Positions 56,418 to 64,000 of a stretch of DNA of 64,000 nt are shown here, piece by piece. The translations under genes and the position numbers were made by a program. The notes below the pieces were generated by a model, which did no database searches, was not told the origin of the DNA, and saw nothing but the letters and a program-made list of their open reading frames with translations. Source of the DNA: an uncultured Gammaproteobacteria bacterium (GTDB lineage Bacteria; Patescibacteriota; Patescibacteriia; Magasanikbacterales; GWA2-37-8). The stretch is from assembly GCA_964510885.1 (NCBI GenBank), contig CAZEDL010000001.1, positions 129,310 through 193,309 on the forward strand, read 5' to 3'. The first letter of the stretch is position 1; every line of letters starts with the position of its first letter.

Positions 56418-57841
56418 AAAAATTTAGCGACCAATTGTTTAATAAATTGCGGCGTCAGGGCTCCGGTGACAAACAATAAGGCAACATATACCGCGCCGCC
56501 AATCGGAATAGTAAATAGAAAATAAATATAGCGAGACAAGACTGCGACTACCACCGCCATGATACCAGCCGGTAAAAGCACCTGTCCAAGATACGTAAGC
56601 AAAACCATGACTCTGATTGAAACTTTGCGCCGCACCATCAGCAACCCGGTAACACAGAGTAATCCATTAGTCACCACCTCCACTCCGGCCGCCCCAATGA
56701 TACCAAACCGCGGAATCAAAATAATATTTAAAATAATATTGCAGCCAAGACTAATTGCCAGCAGAATAGTTTGTGTCACTTGATTGCCCGTAGCATTCAA
56801 CGTGGCACCGGTTACCAGACTCAAAAAGCCAAACCATACGCTGGCTAATAAAATTTGCAGCACCGGAGCTGCGGGCAAAAAATCGGCTCCATAGATCAAC
56901 GTAATAATCGGATGCGCCAATACTCCGATACCGAACACCACCGGGAATAACACTATGAATAAATAGCGCCAAGATTTTTCAAATAACTCTACCACCTTAG
57001 AGCGGTCAGTCATAAACCAGCTACTCATGGCCGGATAAATACTGGCGGTAAGAGCAATCGGAATAAACTGAAAGGCAGTGACAATTTTATTCCCGAGTCC
57101 CCACCAACCAAGATCGTGGGGACTGAGCAATTTTGAAATCAACACCGTGTCTGTGTAGGAGTATAACCGGCCGATAAAACTAGCCAGGGCAAACGGCCAA
57201 GCCAGTAAAAACAACATTTTTAGCACCGGCCGGCTGACACCCGTAAAAAAAGCCAGCGAAAATTTTCGCTTCACCACTAGTGCCGCTAAAATTAAATTGC
57301 AGCCGCTCGGAATAGTGTAGGCCAATACTAACCAAAATAAGGGCCACCCATTGAATAGCGCTATCGTACCAATTAGGAGGGTGAGGCCCTGAGCCACTAT
57401 CACCCCAAGTGCCTCATAAAACAAATTCTTATGGGCTCGCAGAATACTGAAAAAGACAGTCTGTAAGTTATCAAACACCATGGTTATTCCAGACACATAT
57501 ACCAGATGCTGAATTTGGACAGAATAATTGAGTACGTGCGCCATTAGAACCACAAAGCCATAAGTGAGAATGCTGAGGACAACTTTGGTAGACAGCACGG
57601 TCGGGACAAGTTCTTGTTCACGACCTGGGGTACGTGCAATTTCCCGCGTTAATACGGGCCCGAAACCAACATCTGCGAGCACGCTAAAAATCGTGGTAAA
57701 AGTAATGGCGAAAAAATAAGCCCCAGTCTGCTCCACCCCCAAAAAGCGTGCAACCAAAGTAAAGTACACGAACGAAATGATTTTTTGCAAAATCGAAGCC
57801 CCTGTCAAAAACGAAGCATTTTGAGTGACAGAATATGCCAT
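56414..57841 (-). CDS. Polysaccharide flippase (Wzx/MOP family)
   Basis: About 12-14 TM helices, ARFLG, D.G....REIAR, IPRFGIIGAA; likely start at 57841. Confidence 0.88.
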   Translation of the reverse strand: MAYSVTQNASFLTGASILQKIISFVYFTLVARFLGVEQTGAYFFAITFTTIFSVLADVGFGPVLTREIARTPGREQELVPTVLSTKVVLSILTYGFVVLMAHVLNYSVQIQHLVYVSGITMVFDNLQTVFFSILRAHKNLFYEALGVIVAQGLTLLIGTIALFNGWPLFWLVLAYTIPSGCNLILAALVVKRKFSLAFFTGVSRPVLKMLFLLAWPFALASFIGRLYSYTDTVLISKLLSPHDLGWWGLGNKIVTAFQFIPIALTASIYPAMSSWFMTDRSKVVELFEKSWRYLFIVLFPVVFGIGVLAHPIITLIYGADFLPAAPVLQILLASVWFGFLSLVTGATLNATGNQVTQTILLAISLGCNIILNIILIPRFGIIGAAGVEVVTNGLLCVTGLLMVRRKVSIRVMVLLTYLGQVLLPAGIMAVVVAVLSRYIYFLFTIPIGGAVYVALLFVTGALTPQFIKQLVAKFL

Positions 57842-57929
57842 ATTATATCTATCAGCATAGCTGATTACAGCTAAAAAAACAACTTTATTTATATAAGAAG
57901 TAATACGCTTGTAATGAACAACCCTCACC

Positions 57930-58101
57930 TGTCATTCCGACCGGGCACAGCCACGAGCCTGCCTGCGGAGCGAATAATCTCTGTCGAATTTAGGAACACA
58001 TATCCAGTTACCGCATAATCACCGCTCTGTCATCCTGAGTGAAACGAAGGATCCCTTGGCGATGGTGATGAGTGGAATTCTCCGCTCCGCTCAGAATGAC
58101 A
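57930..58101. repeat. REP-like palindromic cluster
   Basis: tgtcattccga... at 57930 and tgtcatcctgag...ctcagaatgaca at 58028-58101. Confidence 0.7.
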
Positions 58102-58204
58102 AGTGGGAACATATGAACCAGCTCTAATTATTCATTAAATACTCTTAAAAAATAAAACCTCCCTCAGCATCAACCAAGGGAGATTTAATTGTACTAAGCT
58201 TGGA

Positions 58205-59440
58205 TTAAAGGTGACTCAGAATGTCTGCAAAAGACGCCACTTCAGCTTCTGTTTGCGAACGTTTTTTAATTTCTACTCCCTGATTAGCCAGTGTCTTTTT
58301 AGACACCACCAGACGGGTAGGTATCCCAATCAAATCTGCATCTGCAAACTTCGCCCCCGCCGATACCTGAGAACGATCGTCGTATAGCACCTCAATCCCT
58401 TTATCAAGTAGATATGCATACAATTTTTCAGCCGCCGCCAGAACTTCCCCATCTCCCCCCAGCACCACCAGGTGAACTTGGTAAGGGGCGACTGCAGCTG
58501 GCCATCTAATACCCTTCTCATCATTAAACACCTCAACAATCGTACCCATAATCCGGGACGGCCCAATACCATAACAACCCATTTCCACCGGCTGCTTTTT
58601 ACCTTCCTGATCGGCAAACGTAAATTCAAACGCTCCCGAAAACCGCTGGTGCAGTTTGAAAATATTCCCAACTTCAATCCCCCGTCGCTCCTCAAGATCA
58701 ACATTGTTACACTTAGGGCAGTAATTATGTTCATCAATAATTTCACGATTTACACCAATATTACACTTGGTGCAAAGATATACCGTATCTTCACCAATAT
58801 CCGACAGAGTTTGAAATTCATGCGAATAGCGACTGAATACGCCGCCCGAAGCATAGGTTAGTACCGTTTGTTCCCCCAGCCCGAGCCGTTCATAAATTTT
58901 TAAATAAGCCCCCTGAACACGTTCATAATACGCTTCAAGATCTGCTACCGACGTATGAAACGAATACAAATCTTTCATGTTAAATTCCCGCCCACGCAGC
59001 AATCCAGATTTCGCGCGCGGCTCATTGCGGAATTTATTCTGAATTTGGTACACCGCGAGTGGCAAATCATTATAAGAAAAAGCATATTTCTGCACCAAAG
59101 GCGTGACAATCTCTTCATGTGTGGGATTAAGCACCATTTTGGTATCACCTGCTCCAAGGGTATGAAACAGTACATCCATGGTATCGCGGCCAGTTTTAAC
59201 ATAACTCTCTTCTTGGGTCAGAGCCGGCATCAAAATTTCCTGCGCGCCGATCGCATTTAATTCTTCGCGGATAATAGTCTGAATCTTATTAAGGACACGC
59301 AAACCAAGCGGCAGATAATTATACACCCCAGCCATTTGCTTGGTAATAAACCCACCCTGGGTCAACAATTCTGCATTCCGACTTTCGGCATCCGCCGGCA
59401 CCGATTTGCTAGTTTTTCCAAACAGCGCTGAATAACGCAT
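58205..59440 (-). CDS. proS: Proline--tRNA ligase, short form without the INS editing domain
   Basis: PTHEE, KFRNEPRAKSGLLRGREF.MKD.YSF, SHEF, EVGNIF, MGCYGIG; 411 aa. Confidence 0.93.
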   Translation of the reverse strand: MRYSALFGKTSKSVPADAESRNAELLTQGGFITKQMAGVYNYLPLGLRVLNKIQTIIREELNAIGAQEILMPALTQEESYVKTGRDTMDVLFHTLGAGDTKMVLNPTHEEIVTPLVQKYAFSYNDLPLAVYQIQNKFRNEPRAKSGLLRGREFNMKDLYSFHTSVADLEAYYERVQGAYLKIYERLGLGEQTVLTYASGGVFSRYSHEFQTLSDIGEDTVYLCTKCNIGVNREIIDEHNYCPKCNNVDLEERRGIEVGNIFKLHQRFSGAFEFTFADQEGKKQPVEMGCYGIGPSRIMGTIVEVFNDEKGIRWPAAVAPYQVHLVVLGGDGEVLAAAEKLYAYLLDKGIEVLYDDRSQVSAGAKFADADLIGIPTRLVVSKKTLANQGVEIKKRSQTEAEVASFADILSHL

Positions 59441-59615
59441 ATAAAACAGAGATAAGTAAACTTTGCTAACTATAGCATATTTTTATGAAATGGCAAATCT
59501 GATCTGAATGATAATTACAAGGAAATATAATTAAAAAATAAAATCTCGTAAATAACCATTTACAATTTTCTTGACTTGACTACTAAAAACTTGCTATGTA
59601 CTTAACTAGACAAGT

Positions 59616-60278
59616 ATGGAGGAGTCCATGGAAAAATCAGAAATTGTTGTTTTTTTCGTAACCGACGCCAGGCAGTGGCACACCGAGCGGCTGCGCAGAA
59701 TCGGAGCCAATATCGGAGTGTACTGCATAGAAAACCATGTTCGGCGCCCAGTCATTTGCACTGCGGCGAATGGCAAACACTCAGTATGGACTTATTTCTG
59801 GGTGATCTGGGGTCTAAAAGGAGGCTTTCGCGGCTTGAGCAGATTCTTGCCATATTTCCGCCGAGAAGCCAACTCAGAAAACAAAGACGGGCGCGAGGAG
59901 ACGAAGCTGCTCTTCGACCATATCTGGGAAGGTCACTTTGCTGGGGAAACCCGCAGGCAAGGTGATCCCAGTCACGCGCACAGTGGATGGGTGACGAGCG
60001 TGCTCGTGGTTGGCCACCATGAGGCATTGAATCGGGTGCTCATCAGGCTCATACGCGAGTATATGGCGCCTGTAAAAGCGGGGCTCGTACCAATCTTGGC
60101 CGAAGCAGGGCTCGACGGTCGCCACCGTCAAAAAAAGCCCCCATTCACTCTCGGCAAAGCCGAGTTAGTAATCATGCGATTTGAACTTGACCCCAGTAAT
60201 AATTATTCGACCACGCTCATATCGATTGAGCATGGTATCGAGCTGAGCGCCACCGACACCCCTCCCACAATCGAATAG
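59616..60278 (+). CDS. Hypothetical protein
   Basis: 220 aa ORF in its own unit, with an AT-rich upstream region and a downstream terminator. Confidence 0.6.
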   Translation: MEESMEKSEIVVFFVTDARQWHTERLRRIGANIGVYCIENHVRRPVICTAANGKHSVWTYFWVIWGLKGGFRGLSRFLPYFRREANSENKDGREETKLLFDHIWEGHFAGETRRQGDPSHAHSGWVTSVLVVGHHEALNRVLIRLIREYMAPVKAGLVPILAEAGLDGRHRQKKPPFTLGKAELVIMRFELDPSNNYSTTLISIEHGIELSATDTPPTIE

Positions 60279-60371
60279 CCGCCATCTTCGCCGCTTCCGA
60301 CGACATCCCCCACCCTTTCTATCTATTTAGAGGATAAAAAGGGAGGAGAAAAATACTGATGTCGCCTGAAG

Positions 60372-60402
60372 TAATAAAACCCTCCACTGGAGGGTTTTAT
60401 TA
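60372..60402. terminator. Bidirectional terminator-like hairpin
   Basis: taataaaaccctcc-act-ggagggttttatta between convergent genes. Confidence 0.75.
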
Positions 60403-60407
60403 TTTAT

Positions 60408-60728
60408 TTATTCTTCGCTAGTCTTTTTTAATTCCTTTTCAAGCCCTGTCCAGCGCTTACGCAACTCTCGGACCAGCATATTTTTGACATCAACTGCCAA
60501 CTCGCGTTTGGCAGCATACTCTTCCACTGCCCGCTCAACCAAGGCATCGTACATTTCACGGGTTGGCCCATCGAGTTGGCTAATACTGTCTTTAAGTTCG
60601 GCGTAAAGCGGATCGAGGTGGAGCTTGATTTTGGCGCGAAGCTCTTTGCCTTTCGGAGTGGCGTTGAGCCAGACCAGGGCAGCCCCGAGTAATCCCCCGA
60701 CTACCAACCCTTTATTAAATCTTCCCAT
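60408..60728 (-). CDS. YtxH-like protein
   Basis: GLVVGGLLGAA....TPKGKELR pattern; start MGRFNK. Confidence 0.75.
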   Translation of the reverse strand: MGRFNKGLVVGGLLGAALVWLNATPKGKELRAKIKLHLDPLYAELKDSISQLDGPTREMYDALVERAVEEYAAKRELAVDVKNMLVRELRKRWTGLEKELKKTSEE

Positions 60729-60753
60729 AGAATAGAGGTTAGTTAAGTAAAGA

Positions 60754-61614
60754 TTATGTGCCACACCCAGGAGTAGCGGATCCTCCGCTACCACTTGAAT
60801 CCGCTGCTGTGCCAAAACCAGGCACAAAAGCTACCGTACTGAGTGTTTGACCGCACTCAGCTGGTGGATTATTGAAAGAAGCACAGACGGCTTGTTTAAT
60901 CGCTTCGGGGCTGCGGGAACTGTCGATAATAGCACCGTTAATCACGAGGGTCGGAGAACCTTGAACACCGTAGCCTTCGCTCGCAGTTTGATCAATGGGG
61001 AAAATCGGGAATTGACCGGAGAGCCACTTGGACTGATCATTATACTGTGCCATCACGCCGAATTGTTTATCTGTTTTATCGGTACAGACTTTTAGTTTGC
61101 CAGTGTTCACTTTGGCGCTCGCAAGGCAGCCATCGGAATTGCCACCGGCGGCAAAACAGGAAAGATAGGCCTGGAAGACTTTTGGTTGTTCTGACTCAAT
61201 GCAGTGCTGGCGGGTATTTTCTTCTACTTCCTTTAGCCCGTGCATGGCATAATGCACAAATTTCAGATCAAAATCGGCTTTTTTGCCGAGTGTCTGCCAG
61301 ACCGGCAAGAAGCCTTTTTCCATCTGGAGTCCATAAGGGCAATAAGACATGACAAATAGTTCTACTTTTGGGCGATCACTCTTTGGAATATTGGCCGGAG
61401 GTGGGGGCAAGGCCTTAGCATTGGCAACATCATCAGCTGTTGCCTTATAGGCATAATTTGATGAGGGTCCGGCCGAACCAAATTGTAGAGTGCCACGAGC
61501 CAACAGACTCAACATGATAATGAAACCGAGAGTACAGAGTACCAAAAGTCCAGACACACAGCCGATGATCAGAGCGGATCTAGGATCTAAATTATCGAAG
61601 AGATTTTTTTGCAT
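60754..61614 (-). CDS. Membrane-anchored thioredoxin/DsbA-fold protein
   Basis: TM helix, VELFVMSYCPYG, GVQGSPTLVING, several additional Cys. Confidence 0.8.
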   Translation of the reverse strand: MQKNLFDNLDPRSALIIGCVSGLLVLCTLGFIIMLSLLARGTLQFGSAGPSSNYAYKATADDVANAKALPPPPANIPKSDRPKVELFVMSYCPYGLQMEKGFLPVWQTLGKKADFDLKFVHYAMHGLKEVEENTRQHCIESEQPKVFQAYLSCFAAGGNSDGCLASAKVNTGKLKVCTDKTDKQFGVMAQYNDQSKWLSGQFPIFPIDQTASEGYGVQGSPTLVINGAIIDSSRSPEAIKQAVCASFNNPPAECGQTLSTVAFVPGFGTAADSSGSGGSATPGCGT

Positions 61615-61705
61615 AAGCGTACAGTGAAAAAATAAATGCATCTTAGGCTTAGTACACATCATTGTACCGTAGACTTGTGAATAGTCAAGCAATACAAGCT
61701 GTTTT

Positions 61706-62530
61706 TTAGTCAGTTTTTTTAGCGATCAAATGAACATTAGGTGATGGAAACCGACAGAGTAGTCGTGATTCGATATTCACGCTTGAATTAACGATATGTT
61801 TGATTATTTTCATGATCACTCCCCCACTCTGGTTATTTGTTTCAGCAAAATAAGCTTCGTTATTTAATTGGGATAGGCCTTTCGCAGTAGCTGCTCGGTG
61901 CATGAGTTTAAAGCTCATCACATTCAGTAGCTGCCCGAGGAGATGTTCTCCATAGCGTACTTCAAGAATTTCAAAACCGGCGGCTTGTACCGTTTGTTTT
62001 AAACTCTGCCGGGAAAAATATTGGATATGGCCGGCATATTTTTTGGTCAGATCATTTTTTAGCTGCAGCTTGTGGAGCCAATGCCATAATGACAGACAAT
62101 CATCTTCACAGGGAACAAAGGCATACAACCGGCCGCCCGGCTTGAGGACACGGTGAGATTCTTTAAGAAGGGAGACCGGATCGGGTACATGCTCGAGAAC
62201 ATCAAAGATCAACACCATATCAAGCTCTTGATCTGCATATGGTAAACGATCTGGGGTGCTGAGCGCATATTCGACTCCATCGCCTAGCGCCTGTGCTTGT
62301 GTAATGGCGGTTTCGCTTATATCTGAGCCATAACACATGAGTTCCGGTCGGGCTTGTTTTATTGCTCGGATAAATTGGCCAAGGCCGCACCCAATTTCCA
62401 TGACTTTGGCACTGGCGGGCAAAATTTTTACCGCTTTGAGCGCTTGAGACAGTCGAAAACTGGTTGGAGATGACCAATTAAGGCGGGCAGTACCTTTGCC
62501 CCACAGTGATTCGTTATAATCAAAAGACAT
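61706..62530 (-). CDS. Class I SAM-dependent methyltransferase
   Basis: EIGCGLG, DIS, DVLEHV, RVLKPGG. Confidence 0.92.
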   Translation of the reverse strand: MSFDYNESLWGKGTARLNWSSPTSFRLSQALKAVKILPASAKVMEIGCGLGQFIRAIKQARPELMCYGSDISETAITQAQALGDGVEYALSTPDRLPYADQELDMVLIFDVLEHVPDPVSLLKESHRVLKPGGRLYAFVPCEDDCLSLWHWLHKLQLKNDLTKKYAGHIQYFSRQSLKQTVQAAGFEILEVRYGEHLLGQLLNVMSFKLMHRAATAKGLSQLNNEAYFAETNNQSGGVIMKIIKHIVNSSVNIESRLLCRFPSPNVHLIAKKTD

Positions 62531-62540
62531 GTTTTAAATA

Positions 62541-63692
62541 TCAACTAAGTACTTGTTTATCAGACACACTATAATAAACCTGTTCCAGCTTGGCAATATG
62601 TGCTTCCCACGAAAAATCGATGATCATACGGGTGCGCCCGGCAGAACCAAAGGCAGAGTGTTTATCCGGAGATAACTGCAATATGCTTTTTAGTTTGTCC
62701 GCTAAATCGATCTGATCTCCGGCTTGAAATAGCAAGCCGTCTACACCGTCTCTCACTCTTTCGGCCAAACCAGGAATGCTACTAACGACAACCGGGCAGC
62801 CAGCGGAGAGCGACTCGCTCAGCACCAACGAAAACGATTCACCGCGATCGGCCGGTATTACGGTGCAGGCGGCGGCGTTGTAATACTGATTCAGAACTCT
62901 GGAGTCTTCGAGGCGACCGGCAAATATCACCAGGCCGGCCAAGCCTTCTGTTTCAACGAGGGCGCGATATTCTGCTGCGGCGTACCCGCTGCCAACTACC
63001 AATAAGCGTGCATCCGGTTCGACTTCATGAATCTTAGAGAAGGCTCGGATTAGAAGATCCAGGCGTTTGAAAGGAATTAGATTACCAACAAATAAAATGA
63101 TTTTTTTATCCTTTAGTTCAGGAAATGGAAACTGCTCCCAATTCACTGGTTCTGGTTTAAAAATAGCGGCATCCACCCCATTTGGAATCACGGTCCATTT
63201 TTTTTCTGCAACGTGCGCGCTTATGCTAGTCGATAAAAAATGAGTGCGATCAACCCCAATGACGTGAGCGGCCTGGCTAATGATGACTGCACTCATTAAA
63301 CGATCATATATCTCCTGCACAACCTGTTTTACAAGTCCGGTAGTGGCGGCTTCCATGTGCACCGTTATGACAAGAGGAATCCCCCATACTCGGCTGGCTA
63401 GCGCCGCCCACTCCGCCCCCCCATAAAATGGATAGTGCAGATGAATAACATCGAAGCCGCGCAAGCGCCAGATTAGCTGAGGCACTACTCCAGCGTCACC
63501 AAGCCTAAGGAGCGGGCAAAGAAGTACGATCGATCCATCTGAGCATGATTCTGAAGAAGTATGGTTGTACTTCAGCGTAAAAACAGTTACTTCGTGACCA
63601 CGCTTTCTTAATTCTTGGGATTCATTGTCTGCCACTGACCCCATGCCGCCAAGGCGAGGAGGAAAAGCCGCTACTACCTGAGCAATCTTCAT
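62541..63692 (-). CDS. Glycosyltransferase family 4
   Basis: PP.LGG, IPNGVD, FVGNL...K, ESFSLVLSE. Confidence 0.92.
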   Translation of the reverse strand: MKIAQVVAAFPPRLGGMGSVADNESQELRKRGHEVTVFTLKYNHTSSESCSDGSIVLLCPLLRLGDAGVVPQLIWRLRGFDVIHLHYPFYGGAEWAALASRVWGIPLVITVHMEAATTGLVKQVVQEIYDRLMSAVIISQAAHVIGVDRTHFLSTSISAHVAEKKWTVIPNGVDAAIFKPEPVNWEQFPFPELKDKKIILFVGNLIPFKRLDLLIRAFSKIHEVEPDARLLVVGSGYAAAEYRALVETEGLAGLVIFAGRLEDSRVLNQYYNAAACTVIPADRGESFSLVLSESLSAGCPVVVSSIPGLAERVRDGVDGLLFQAGDQIDLADKLKSILQLSPDKHSAFGSAGRTRMIIDFSWEAHIAKLEQVYYSVSDKQVLS

Positions 63693-63705
63693 AAAATAGG
63701 AAACA

Positions 63706-64000
63706 TTACTCACGCGAAGAAACTGGCAGCTTCACGTCATTAAGGGCTTGTTGGCGCACCAGGCGAGTGAGTTGTTTATTGAGACGGTCGATATGTACGG
63801 TGAGGCGAAAAATAAGAAAAAAAATACCGGCGAGTGAGAGATAGACTACCAAATCAGCGCCGCGACCGATACCAACCGCTTTAGCGAACATGGCAGTTGA
63901 ATTTGGTACCGCCACCACAATCCCGGCCAGCACCCAAAATACACTCCAGAGCGAAGCGGAGCTAAACGAGAGATCGCCCGCACGATATTTGCCCCACACA
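63706..64000 (-). CDS. DUF2304 family membrane protein (5' part outside the window)
   Basis: GIGRGADLVVY...LT.LVRQ.AL motif; typical neighbour of glycosyltransferases. Confidence 0.8.
   Translation of the reverse strand, partial: VWGKYRAGDLSFSSASLWSVFWVLAGIVVAVPNSTAMFAKAVGIGRGADLVVYLSLAGIFFLIFRLTVHIDRLNKQLTRLVRQQALNDVKLPVSSRE

Noticed and set aside
8220-62477. Numerous 60-200 aa ORFs antisense or out of frame within recognised genes
   Set aside because: No motifs, and fully nested in well-supported CDSs; treated as shadow ORFs.
1-64000. CRISPR array, rRNA, IS transposase, or UGA recoding
   Set aside because: No regularly spaced repeats, rRNA-like segments or transposase motifs were seen. 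TGA ends conserved genes at their expected C-termini (mrdA, ftsQ-like, fmt).

Overview
The window looks like ordinary chromosome from a small-genome Patescibacteria (CPR) bacterium, probably Parcubacteria/ABY1-like. This is inferred from gene content, tight gene packing and SD-less starts. TGA is used as a stop (code 11), which argues against Gracilibacteria/Absconditabacteria. It holds about 60 CDS: cell wall and division genes (murE, ftsB-like, ftsEX, mreBCD-mrdA, alr, ddl, ftsQ-like, M23), translation genes (lysS, serS, gltX, proS, def, fmt), greA, clpB, priA, a Xer-type recombinase and a surface-glycan cluster. There are four tRNA genes and no CRISPR array, rRNA, prophage or transposase. 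The most notable items are: (1) a three-gene flavinylation module (RnfD-like/FNR fusion, signal-less ApbE, FMN-binding surface protein); (2) a translin/TRAX-family protein with intact acidic catalytic motifs, divergent from tRNA-Lys; (3) a loxP/dif-like 34-bp site 25 bp upstream of the Xer recombinase; (4) a ~180-bp non-coding multi-hairpin element bounded by a duplicated tRNA-Gly 3' end; (5) a symmetric CIRCE variant at clpB; (6) dispersed REP-like repeats; (7) a strong T at -1 before start codons. Two genes are frameshifted (pseudogenes or indel errors). All protein calls come from motif recognition, not database searches.
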